Positions 10,000 to 18,718 of a stretch of 64,000 nt of DNA are shown piece after piece. A model generated the notes under the pieces. It did not search any database, was not told the origin of the DNA, and saw nothing but the letters and a program-made list of their open reading frames with translations. Made by a program: the position numbers and the translations under genes. Source of the stretch: Parcubacteria group bacterium Gr01-1014_13 (GTDB lineage: Bacteria; Patescibacteriota; Patescibacteriia; Magasanikbacterales; GWA2-37-8); the NCBI GenBank assembly GCA_007376295.1, contig VMGB01000003.1, forward strand, positions 71,106 to 135,105, in the 5' to 3' direction. Numbering within the stretch: the stretch's first letter is position 1; each line of letters opens with the position of its first letter.

Positions 10000-10722
10000 T
10001 TATAGCGTTTTAATATATTTCTCCCATGTCTCCCAAGGCACGACGCCTTCTAATTTTTTGCCATTTACAAAAAATGTTGGCGTACCTCCTACTCCAAACC
10101 GGAAACCATCAGCATAATCTCTGTTTACTTTTATACTCGTGGCACTGGAATCCAAACACTTTGTTAATTTGTCTAATTCCAAATCAGTATCACTGGCCAG
10201 GCTAGCAAGATCCTCTGCCGCCAAATAGAGCGGCAGGCTGTCTTGCTTGGCAAATAAATAATTATGAACAGCCCAGTACTTTCCCTGACTATGGGCGCAA
10301 GCGCCGATTTGTGATATTTTTGTGGTGCCAGCATGAATTGATTCGGCTGGAAATTGTCTATAAATTACTTTTATTTTATAGCCGTATTTATTAGCCAATT
10401 TTTCGACTGTTGGCCAAGCTTCCTTTGTATATGGGCAACGAAAATCACCAAAAACTACAATTGTGGTAGAGGCATTAGGATTTCCCAAAAAAGGAAAATC
10501 CCCATTTTCCAAAGCATTTCTATCTACTTTTTCGCTACTCTGATTTTTGACCTGCAAAGAAGTAAAGCCACTATATACTTGCTGTTGTAAAAAATCCCCC
10601 TGACCATGTTTTATTTGCCACAAAAAATTAACTGTTATTACCCCAAAAGCCAAAAGGCCAAAAAGCACCAGTCCTCCCAGACCCAGCAGCGCTACCCCCC
10701 AAGCAGTTTGATACCAACGCAT
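10000..10722 (-). CDS. DsbA-like thioredoxin-fold protein (membrane-anchored) with a CxxT active-site variant
   Basis: N-terminal TM anchor and thioredoxin-fold layout (VVFGDFRCPYTKEAW ... GTPTFFVNGK). The active-site motif reads CPYT rather than CPHC. Confidence 0.55.
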   Translation of the reverse strand: MRWYQTAWGVALLGLGGLVLFGLLAFGVITVNFLWQIKHGQGDFLQQQVYSGFTSLQVKNQSSEKVDRNALENGDFPFLGNPNASTTIVVFGDFRCPYTKEAWPTVEKLANKYGYKIKVIYRQFPAESIHAGTTKISQIGACAHSQGKYWAVHNYLFAKQDSLPLYLAAEDLASLASDTDLELDKLTKCLDSSATSIKVNRDYADGFRFGVGGTPTFFVNGKKLEGVVPWETWEKYIKTL

Positions 10723-10835
10723 AAACTAGAAGATATAATTAGGATTGAAGATATTATACTACAAAGGCCCATCATTGACAAAGCTTATCTCGTATGATAT
10801 AATGAATTTACTCTAAAATGCTTCTTAAATAAATT

Positions 10836-11054
10836 ATGTCTGCGAATACTTATAATATTATTCAATTTGTTCTTGCAGCTTTGCTTGTAACAGCCATTCT
10901 CTTACAACAAAAAGGCACTGGACTAAGCGGCGTTTTCGGCGGTTCTAGTAATATTTACAGCACAAAACGCGGCGTAGACCGAATCTTATATCTTTCCACT
11001 ATTGTAATTTCAGTAATTTTCTTTGGTCTTTCTTTGGTTAGACTCGCCTTCTAA
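10836..11054 (+). CDS. secG: preprotein translocase subunit SecG
   Basis: 72 aa with two TM helices and LLQQKGTGLSGVFGGSS, matching SecG (LQQGKGAGMGASFGGG). Confidence 0.7.
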   Translation: MSANTYNIIQFVLAALLVTAILLQQKGTGLSGVFGGSSNIYSTKRGVDRILYLSTIVISVIFFGLSLVRLAF

Positions 11055-11079
11055 TGGCTAATATCTAACAAAATCTTCT

Positions 11080-13107
11080 ATGTCTTGGTCCAAAATGTTT
11101 TTTTGGATTAAAAAAAAGCCAGGTTCTCGGAGCGCAACCATGCCCTCTACGAGTTTTGATCAAAAATTAATAAAAAAAACCCGGTCAAACTTAATGCCTA
11201 GCTGGTCACAATTTAAATACTTGGGAAGTTTTTTGACAAAGATGGAAAAACTGGCGATAAATATTGCCTTTGCCGTACTTTTGTTTACAATTGTCGGCTG
11301 GGGTACGCTCTGGTTTTTTAAAAACATGGAACTTGTCGCGGCCAGTGGCGGAGAATATAGCGAAGCTTTAATAGGCCAGCCAAAATACGTGAATCCTCTT
11401 TTTACACCAGCGAGCGCCGTGGATGCTGATTTAGCATCACTCGTTTATTCTGGATTATTTCAATTTAACAACCAACAAAAATTATTGCCCGATCTGGCCA
11501 GTAATTATACTGTTTCCAGCGATGGCAAAATTTACGACATAAATTTACGCAAAGATGTGAAATGGTCTGATGGCGAACCGTTTAATGCCGATGACGTAAT
11601 TTATACTTTCCAAACTATTGCCGATCCGGAAGTTGGCAGCCCGCTACTGGCAGCATTCCAAAATGTGCAAGTAGAACGCACGGGAGATTATTCTGTTCGT
11701 TTTATCCTAAAAGATCCATTTGCTCCATTTTTGAGCAGTCTTACGGTTGGCATCTTGCCCCAACATACTTGGGCCAACATACCTCCGGCCGCTGTTAGAC
11801 TGGCCAAAACAAATCTACAGCCTGTCGGCTCTGGTCCATGGAAATTTAGCAAACTTACCAAGGATTCTAGCGGCAATATTCAAAACTACACGCTAGAACG
11901 AAACGATCAGTATTACAGAAATACCCCTTACCTGAAAACTTTGACTTTCAAATTTTATAGCGACTATACGCAGGCGGCCAGTGCCCTAAAAAGCCAAGAA
12001 GTAATGGCTATAAGTTTCCTGCCCAATGATTTGGCCGATAAAATTGCCGGTAAAAATTTTGAGTTATACAGATTTCAATTACCGCAATACAGCGCGCTAT
12101 TCTTTAACCAAGATGCCACACCGATTTTACGAGACAGTGATATGCGTTTGGCTTTGAGTTCGGCGATTAATAAAAATGAGATTTTAACCCAAGCGCTTGC
12201 CGGCGAAGGAGAGGTAGTAAATTCTCCAATTCTTAAAGACAACGTTGGCTACAATCCTTCCATCGCCTTTCCTGCATTTGACAGAGAAAAAGCAAATCAA
12301 ATCCTGGATAAAAACTGGAAAAAAATTGAGCCGGAAGAATTTTTTAAGTTTCAATACGACGCGGTTTTGAAAACCAGAAAAAACGAGATAGATGAACTGA
12401 AAAAAAATGCCACTACAACGATGACTACCACTACAACCACCACTACCGAGGGACAAGTAGAGCAAACTACCTTGACTCCAGAACAAGCGGCCGAAAAAAT
12501 CCAACAAATAGAAAAAGAGATTAGTGATTCGGTTCGCGAAGATATGAGTGCTGAACAAAGTTTTTATAGAAAAAATAAAGCCAATGAATTCTTGACCGTC
12601 ACTATTACCACTGCTGATACTCCAGAATACCAAAAAGTTGCGGCCTCTGTCGCCAAAATGTGGCGCGCAGTTGGTGTAAAAACAAAAATCCAGCTCGTCA
12701 ACAGCAATCAGATAGCCCGGGATGTTTTGCGAGACAGAAGTTACCAAGCCCTGCTTTATGGAGAAATTGTCGGCAGCGATCCAGACCCATATCCTTTCTG
12801 GCACTCTTCACAAATTAATTATCCGGGATTAAATTTATCCATGTTCGTAAACAGAACGGCTGATAAACTGTTAGAAGACGCCCGCGCCACCACTACCGAA
12901 AAAACACGCGCCGACTTATATGAAAAATTCCAACAGATTTTGGTAAAAGAACTTCCAGCCGTATTTCTGTACGCTCCTGTTTATGATTTTGTCGCCAGCC
13001 AAGAAATCAAAGGTATCACTTTCAAAAAAGTTTTTTCTCCAGCCGACAGATTTAATGATCTGGGCAACTGGTACATAAAAACAAAACGTCAGTGGCGCAG
13101 ATCCTAA
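11080..13107 (+). CDS. ABC transporter substrate-binding protein, family 5 (peptide/nickel type), membrane-anchored
   Basis: About 650 aa with an N-terminal TM anchor. The length and composition fit SBP_bac_5, but no single diagnostic motif is visible. A poly-Thr linker (TTTMTTTTTTTTE) is present. Confidence 0.6.
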   Translation: MSWSKMFFWIKKKPGSRSATMPSTSFDQKLIKKTRSNLMPSWSQFKYLGSFLTKMEKLAINIAFAVLLFTIVGWGTLWFFKNMELVAASGGEYSEALIGQPKYVNPLFTPASAVDADLASLVYSGLFQFNNQQKLLPDLASNYTVSSDGKIYDINLRKDVKWSDGEPFNADDVIYTFQTIADPEVGSPLLAAFQNVQVERTGDYSVRFILKDPFAPFLSSLTVGILPQHTWANIPPAAVRLAKTNLQPVGSGPWKFSKLTKDSSGNIQNYTLERNDQYYRNTPYLKTLTFKFYSDYTQAASALKSQEVMAISFLPNDLADKIAGKNFELYRFQLPQYSALFFNQDATPILRDSDMRLALSSAINKNEILTQALAGEGEVVNSPILKDNVGYNPSIAFPAFDREKANQILDKNWKKIEPEEFFKFQYDAVLKTRKNEIDELKKNATTTMTTTTTTTTEGQVEQTTLTPEQAAEKIQQIEKEISDSVREDMSAEQSFYRKNKANEFLTVTITTADTPEYQKVAASVAKMWRAVGVKTKIQLVNSNQIARDVLRDRSYQALLYGEIVGSDPDPYPFWHSSQINYPGLNLSMFVNRTADKLLEDARATTTEKTRADLYEKFQQILVKELPAVFLYAPVYDFVASQEIKGITFKKVFSPADRFNDLGNWYIKTKRQWRRS

Positions 13108-13117
13108 ACCAAACAAA

Positions 13118-13199
13118 GGGCGAGTGGCGGAACTGGTATACGCGTACGTCTCAGAAGCGTATGGAGCAATCCTTGAGAGTTCAAGTCTCTCTTCGCCCA
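13118..13199 (+). tRNA. tRNA-Leu, anticodon CAG (type II, long variable arm)
   Basis: Acceptor GGGCGAG/TTCGCCC, 3-bp D-stem, anticodon stem TACGT/GCGTA with loop CTCAGAA, 13-nt variable arm (GGA-GCAA-TCC), T-stem GAGAG/CTCTC with loop TTCAAGT. Confidence 0.8.
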
Positions 13200-13298
13200 C
13201 ATAATTATAATCTTAAAACACGTATCTCATAACGTAATTTAAACTGTGAGAAACTTTTATGCCTTAGTCGTAAAAGTATTTAAAGTAGAAAAATATAT

Positions 13299-15137
13299 AT
13301 GATCAAAGATCAGCCCGGCCAGCCCTTAAAACCAACACCTGCTTCTCCTGCAAGCGGCGGCTTTGGTTCTCACCAACAAAGACAAAGGAGAGTTTTTCAG
13401 ACTAGCCGAAACCAACCGGCAACGAGCAGGTTACAAAAAACACCGATGCCTTCTTTTGCGCGCCTGCGAGGAGAAGAGAAAAAATTAAGAGTCGCTGTTA
13501 TTGGCGGCTTAGAAGAAATTGGCCGCAATTGCACCATGTTTGAATATGGTGATGATATTATCCTCGTTGATTTGGGCTTGCAATTCCCTGAGGAAGACAT
13601 GCCTGGAATTGATTACATCATTCCCAACATGAGCTACCTCAAAGGCAAGGAAAAAAATGTTCGTGGTGTTATTATCACCCACGCTCACTACGACCATATC
13701 GGCGGTATCCCCCATCTTATTCCAATGTTAGGCTACCCTCCTATATACGGCCTGCCTCTGACTAATGCTGTTATTAAAAAACGCCAGGAAGATTACAAAG
13801 GCTTACGTCCTTTAAATCTTCATAACGTTGGCCTAAATGACAAACTGGCTTTAGGATCTTTTGAGATAGAATTTTTCCATCTTAATCACAATATCCCTGA
13901 CTCAATGGGAGTGGTTATCAAAACCGCTGAAGGAATTATTATCCATACTGGAGATTGGAAATTCGACTACCAACCAACCGGAGAACCACCAGCTGATTTA
14001 CAAAAAATTGCTAAAATCGGCAGCGAAGGTGTACTCGCTTTGTTTTCTGACAGCACTAATGCTTCTCAACCTGGACACCAAATTTCCGAATCAGAAATTG
14101 GCGTCAATTTGGAAGACTTAATTTCCAAAGCCACTGGCCGAATAATTATCGGCACTTTTGCTTCCTTACTTACCCGCATCAAACAAATTATTGAAGTTTC
14201 CGAAAAACTGGGCAAGGTTGTCGCGCTCGGTGGTTTTAGTATAAAAAGCAACGTAGAAATCGCTAAAGAATTGGGTTATATGAAATTCAATCCAAAAACT
14301 TTGGTGGATATGCGTCATCTGGATAATTATCCTCATAATAAGATAGTGGTAATTTGTACAGGCGCGCAAGGAGAAAAAAATGCTTCGCTGATGCGCATTG
14401 CCAACGGCGAACACAGAGAAATTAAACTGGTGACGGGAGATACGGTTGTTTTTTCTTCTTCTGTTATCCCGGGAAATGAACGCATGGTGCAACGCCTAAA
14501 GGACACCATCTTCCGCAAAGGAGCTGAAGTGGTTCATCACCAAATGATGGATGTGCACGCTGGCGGACATGCCAAAGCTGAAGATGTGAAGCTGATGATT
14601 CGTCTGCTCAATCCAAAATATTTTGTACCTATCCACGGCAATCATTTTCTTTTGCGTTACAACGGTAAAATTGCGCAGTCAATGGGCTATGCCAAAGAAA
14701 ATATTTTCATTGCCGACAATGGCCAAATCATGGAATTTACCAAAGGCACAGGCGTGCTCACCAAAGTTAAAATTCCGTCTGACCATGTGTTTGTCGATGG
14801 TTTGGGCGTAAGTGACGAAACCAATATCGTATTGCGCGACCGCCAAGTGTTGGCCGAAGATGGTATGGTGGTAATAATCGCCACTGTCGATAGTAAGACT
14901 GGTAAACTTATTCAAAACCCTGATATTATTTCCCGCGGCTTTGTTTTCCTTAAAGAACACAAAGAGTTAATCGAAGATTTGCGCCATCGCGTAAAGAAAA
15001 TGGTCAGTGATTCTGATCCTCTATCTTGGGCTGATACGAATAATATAAAAAATAAACTGCGCGATAATGTTGGCCAATTCTTGTTTACTAAAACAGAAAA
15101 ACGGCCGATGATTTTGCCGGTTATTATAGAAGTATAA
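13299..15137 (+). CDS. rnj: ribonuclease J (metallo-beta-lactamase/beta-CASP RNase)
   Basis: HAHYDHIGGIPHL motif, beta-CASP region, about 560-aa core. The true start may be the internal M near 13443 (MPSFARLRGEEKKLRVAVIGG). Confidence 0.85.
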   Translation: MIKDQPGQPLKPTPASPASGGFGSHQQRQRRVFQTSRNQPATSRLQKTPMPSFARLRGEEKKLRVAVIGGLEEIGRNCTMFEYGDDIILVDLGLQFPEEDMPGIDYIIPNMSYLKGKEKNVRGVIITHAHYDHIGGIPHLIPMLGYPPIYGLPLTNAVIKKRQEDYKGLRPLNLHNVGLNDKLALGSFEIEFFHLNHNIPDSMGVVIKTAEGIIIHTGDWKFDYQPTGEPPADLQKIAKIGSEGVLALFSDSTNASQPGHQISESEIGVNLEDLISKATGRIIIGTFASLLTRIKQIIEVSEKLGKVVALGGFSIKSNVEIAKELGYMKFNPKTLVDMRHLDNYPHNKIVVICTGAQGEKNASLMRIANGEHREIKLVTGDTVVFSSSVIPGNERMVQRLKDTIFRKGAEVVHHQMMDVHAGGHAKAEDVKLMIRLLNPKYFVPIHGNHFLLRYNGKIAQSMGYAKENIFIADNGQIMEFTKGTGVLTKVKIPSDHVFVDGLGVSDETNIVLRDRQVLAEDGMVVIIATVDSKTGKLIQNPDIISRGFVFLKEHKELIEDLRHRVKKMVSDSDPLSWADTNNIKNKLRDNVGQFLFTKTEKRPMILPVIIEV

Positions 15138-15153
15138 AATTAAACACCAAAAA

Positions 15154-15180
15154 ATCCTCCCAGTGGAGGATTTTTTGTTT
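15154..15180 (+). terminator. rho-independent terminator
   Basis: ATCCTCC-CAGT-GGAGGAT followed by TTTTTTGTTT. Same family as the 5524 element. Confidence 0.6.
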
Positions 15181-15234
15181 TTGCGTATAAAATCTAAATG
15201 AGATATAATGACTTCGATTTAATTTAATAAAAAT

Positions 15235-16245
15235 ATGCCTTCCAAACTAAAAATTTCCTTCTACGGCATCTGGCCAGAAATGAAAGACTACGTCCGCGCC
15301 AAAATGCGCGGTTTCCACACCACCATTTCCAGCGACAAAATTAACGAGGAAAATTTGGCTACCGATACGGACATATTGGCTGTTTTTGTAGAAGCGCCGG
15401 TTACCAAAAAAATAATGGACAAGTTACCTAACTTAAAAATGATCGCTACCATGAGTACTGGTTTTGATCATATAGATTTGACTACGGCAAAAAAACTCAA
15501 AATTCCAGTCTGTAATGTGCCTACTTACGGTGAAAATACCGTAGCCGAACACACCATGGCCCTAATATTGGGATTAACCCGCAAATTATTCCCTTCCGTA
15601 AAAAGAGTAAAAGAAGGCGTGTACGATTTTCATGGACTACGCGGGGTAGATTTAAAAAGTAAAACCTTGGGTATTGTTGGCACTGGCCATATTGGCACGC
15701 ATGTCATCAAAATGGCCTGTGGTTTTGAATTAAACATAATCGCCTTTGATGCATACCCTAATAAAGATTTGGCCAAAAAGCTAGGATTCAAATATGTTTC
15801 TCTAGCCAAACTTTTGGCCGAATCGGATATTATTAGCCTGCATACACCATTACTGCCTACGACTTACCATTTGATAAACAAGAAAAATATTAAGCAGATT
15901 AAAAAAGGAGCTTACCTTATAAATACCGCCCGTGGCGCCTTAGTGGATCCGGAAGCTATCGTCTGGGGATTACAAAACAATCATTTGGCCGGCGTGGGAC
16001 TAGATGTTTTGGAGGATGAAAATTTAATTCAGAATCACGAACAGGTTATCTCTTCCGACAAAAACAAAATCAAAACTACGCTTTTTAATGAAATGATTAT
16101 CGACCACCCCAACTCTATTGTTACCCCGCACAATGCATTCAACAGTACCGAGGCTCTGCAAAGAATTGTGGATGTGACGGTGGATAATATACAATCTTTT
16201 GCTAACGGCCAGACAAAAAACAACGTTGCCACGTCAAAAAAATAA
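15235..16245 (+). CDS. D-isomer-specific 2-hydroxyacid dehydrogenase (D-lactate dehydrogenase family)
   Basis: NAD-binding GIVGTGHIGTHV and catalytic-domain layout (…TARG..VD…). Confidence 0.8.
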   Translation: MPSKLKISFYGIWPEMKDYVRAKMRGFHTTISSDKINEENLATDTDILAVFVEAPVTKKIMDKLPNLKMIATMSTGFDHIDLTTAKKLKIPVCNVPTYGENTVAEHTMALILGLTRKLFPSVKRVKEGVYDFHGLRGVDLKSKTLGIVGTGHIGTHVIKMACGFELNIIAFDAYPNKDLAKKLGFKYVSLAKLLAESDIISLHTPLLPTTYHLINKKNIKQIKKGAYLINTARGALVDPEAIVWGLQNNHLAGVGLDVLEDENLIQNHEQVISSDKNKIKTTLFNEMIIDHPNSIVTPHNAFNSTEALQRIVDVTVDNIQSFANGQTKNNVATSKK

Positions 16246-16306
16246 CAGTTTTCTTCATTTATCCACAGAAATTTGCGTTTTTGGCATTGATTTTTTGTCA
16301 ATTTTA

Positions 16307-16315
16307 TGGTATAAT
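16307..16315 (+). promoter_or_regulatory. extended -10 promoter element (TGgTATAAT) upstream of 16429
   Basis: Perfect TGnTATAAT. The same type recurs at 28887-28895 (TGgTATAAT) and inside the array AT-hairpins (TGgTATAAA). Confidence 0.35.
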
Positions 16316-16428
16316 TATTGTAACAACGTTACAATCTTCGTAACTCTTGAGGTTAAAAGGTCGTTCTCCTTGCGAGTCACAAATATATTTCAATAATATT
16401 AATTTTAAACAATAAACAACCAATTTCT

Positions 16429-18246
16429 ATGAAAAATATCGCCAAAATTTTAGTTTTGTCATTTTTGTTTACATTTGCTTTCACCGCGGCCAAACCGGCG
16501 AAAGCTTTTTATTTAGAAGTGCCAGCAAGCGTAAAAGGTTTGCTGTCCATATTTAAATCTCGTCAAAGTATAGCTCAGGAATCCGGAACAATGACTCCGA
16601 TGCCTATGCCTACGAATATGACATATCCAACGGACGGCGGCACACAACAATACCAACAACCTATGCCGATGCCATCTGGAGATATGAGCCAGTACCCAAT
16701 GCAGGGTACGCAACAATATCCGATGCCGTCTGGTGATATGAATCAACAGTACCCGATGCAAGGCACACAACAATACCCAATGCCTCCTTCTGGCGATATG
16801 AATCAACAACCTATGCCTTATACAGGCATGATGTCTTCTTCTGGTCAGTACCCAATGCAGGGTACGCAACAATACCCAGACATGAAACAACCAGGGATGA
16901 TGCCCCCTTCTGGCGATCAATATAAACAATACCCAGACAATAAAAACATGATGCAAGGAGATCGCCAAGGTATGCCTTATGGCGACCAACGTGAAGGCAT
17001 GCAAGGTGATCAAAGAATGGGCGACCAAGGCCAAGACAGCGGCAAACAATTGGAGCAAATGAAACGCAGCATGAAACAAATGGGACGCATGGTAAAACAA
17101 TTTGACTCAATGATCGCCAGCGCCGAGAAAAAAGGCACCTCTGTTCCCGAAGAAATAAAACAAAATTTAGCCAAGCTAAAAAGTATTTTGGAAGCTGTGC
17201 AAAATGCCAAAAGCATGGAAGAACTGCAAGACGTGGATATGAATTCCATGCAGGACTTAACGCAATCTTTGGAAGACTTCAGACGCAATGTCATGGAGGC
17301 GCAACAAAGACTTGACGGCATGAAGCGCGGCATGAAAGGTATGGAACAGGCTTTAAAAATGTTTAAAAGCCAAATTGCGAGATTAACTAAACAAAAAGTT
17401 GTAGTTCCTACGGAAGTTACCGAAAACATTGCCAAACTTGAAGAAATTATAACAACTATAAAAAATGCCAAGACAGCTGAAGAAATGGATGCTATTGACT
17501 TTGAGTCCATGCAAGATTTAATGCAAACTATGGACCAAAATCGTCAACAGCTAGAAATGTTAGCCCGCTGGCCTCAGGCTTTAAAACAAATAGACCGCCA
17601 ATTAACTCAATTAAACTCTGCCTTAAAGCAATCAAAAATCATTGTTGATCGCTTAGCCAAAAAAGGCACTGATCTTCAAGCTGAATATGCCGCCTTTGCG
17701 GAAGCGGTCGCTAAATTGAAAATTGTTCGTGACGACGCCGTCGCCAAAATGGCTGCCGGCAGTTCTGAAGAAGCATTCTCTGCCTTAGAAGATGATTTCT
17801 TTGGTCAAATGGAAGACGTTTGGCAACATCAAAGAGTAATTATGATGGTAAGTAACTTGGGAAGATTCGCTTCGGAATTTAAACGAGGTGTAGCTGAAGG
17901 TCAAGCAACCATCAACAAACTAAAAAGAAAGAAGATAGACACTTCTGAATTGGTAGTTATCTTCAATCAAGCTAAAGAAAAAGGCCAAGAAATTCTTAAT
18001 CTTCTCAAAGCCAAACCATTAGATATGGATGCAATTACTGGCGCTATGGATGAATTAGAAAACATAACCCAAGAGTTTGACTCCAAAGCTAGTGAACTGG
18101 GCGGCGAAGAAGAACGAATGCCTTGGGAAGAAGGTCCGCAACAATTCAGACGCGTAGACTTACCTCAAGGATTTGATAAATTTGTTCCTCAAAGACAAGA
18201 AGCTCAAACTTCACAGTCTACAGAAACACAAACACAAACTCAATAA
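16429..18246 (+). CDS. secreted repeat protein: signal peptide, Q/Y/P/M-rich tandem repeats, then a long coiled-coil with about 55-aa repeats
   Basis: MKNIAKILVLSFLFTFAFTAAKPAKA signal, four copies of QYPMQGTQQYPMPSGDMNQ, then repeated blocks (…VPEEIKQNLAKLKSILEAVQNAKSMEELQDVDMNSMQDL… and …VPTEVTENIAKLEEIITTIKNAKTAEEMDAIDFESMQDL…). Confidence 0.6.
   Translation: MKNIAKILVLSFLFTFAFTAAKPAKAFYLEVPASVKGLLSIFKSRQSIAQESGTMTPMPMPTNMTYPTDGGTQQYQQPMPMPSGDMSQYPMQGTQQYPMPSGDMNQQYPMQGTQQYPMPPSGDMNQQPMPYTGMMSSSGQYPMQGTQQYPDMKQPGMMPPSGDQYKQYPDNKNMMQGDRQGMPYGDQREGMQGDQRMGDQGQDSGKQLEQMKRSMKQMGRMVKQFDSMIASAEKKGTSVPEEIKQNLAKLKSILEAVQNAKSMEELQDVDMNSMQDLTQSLEDFRRNVMEAQQRLDGMKRGMKGMEQALKMFKSQIARLTKQKVVVPTEVTENIAKLEEIITTIKNAKTAEEMDAIDFESMQDLMQTMDQNRQQLEMLARWPQALKQIDRQLTQLNSALKQSKIIVDRLAKKGTDLQAEYAAFAEAVAKLKIVRDDAVAKMAAGSSEEAFSALEDDFFGQMEDVWQHQRVIMMVSNLGRFASEFKRGVAEGQATINKLKRKKIDTSELVVIFNQAKEKGQEILNLLKAKPLDMDAITGAMDELENITQEFDSKASELGGEEERMPWEEGPQQFRRVDLPQGFDKFVPQRQEAQTSQSTETQTQTQ
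16640..16900 (+). repeat. intragenic ~60-bp tandem DNA repeats encoding the QYPMQGTQQYPMPSGDMNQ units
   Basis: Direct inspection shows near-identical 57-63 nt units. Confidence 0.6.
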
Positions 18247-18261
18247 AAAAACTGCAAAACA

Positions 18262-18295
18262 AAAACGTCCCAATAAAGGGGCGTTTTTGTTTTGC
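18262..18295 (+). terminator. rho-independent terminator
   Basis: AACGTCCC-AATAAA-GGGGCGTT followed by TTTGTTTTG. Confidence 0.45.
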
Positions 18296-18299
18296 ATAG

Positions 18300-18718
18300 T
18301 ATAAGCCGAATTTTGTTTCCGACTTGCGTCGGATGATAATCATTTCTCTAGGATTGATATTGCTACCAATCTCAAGCGAGCGAACTTTTTATCTCCTTTA
18401 GAGAGACTCTGCTCTTGCGTCCAAGTAAGGATTTAGCCGTTTCATCTCTCGACTTACTACCTCCATCGAGAGTTAAGCAATCATTTTTGATTTCCCAAAA
18501 ATCTGAGGTTTGCTTTCTTTTTCTTTTCAAAAAAAGACGTTTCTGCTCGCACCTTGGGCCTTGCGGCCAATGGGGGTTACCCACTACTTTTCTCCGACGT
18601 GACCTTCGGAGTGAACGTTCGGACTTTCCTCCCTGACTTACATCAAGGCGATCATCACTATGCGCCGATATATTATCATAAATTAGGTGTTTTGTCAAGA
18701 TAAAAAGTAAAAAAAGAA
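18300..18718. ncRNA. structured non-coding leader region preceding the hairpin array; possible ncRNA
   Basis: No credible ORF. It holds multiple strong hairpins: CCGAC-TTGC-GTCGG, CTCTCGA…TCGAGAG, a C(UUCG)G tetraloop hairpin CCGACGTGACCTTCGGAGTGAACGTTCGG, and TGGCC-TTGC-GGCCA. Its 3' end carries TTGTCAA 21 nt before the first array unit. Confidence 0.3.

Noticed and set aside
12184-12804. 206-aa minus-strand ORF inside the ABC substrate-binding protein gene
   Set aside because: It is antisense to a well-supported plus-strand CDS. There are no motifs.
16296-16301. TTGTCA as a -35 box for the 16429 gene
   Set aside because: Its spacing to the TATAAT is only 9 nt. The promoter is better explained as an extended -10 (TGnTATAAT) without a canonical -35.
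16513-17510. Minus-strand ORFs 16513-17100, 16811-17110 and 17010-17510 opposite the repeat-protein gene
   Set aside because: These are antisense shadows of a repetitive low-complexity coding region. The translations are His/Arg/Leu-rich nonsense.
18372-18698. 108-aa minus-strand ORF and 73-aa plus-strand ORF in the leader region
   Set aside because: They overlap each other in a region dominated by RNA hairpins. There is no RBS context and no similarity. More likely this is non-coding.
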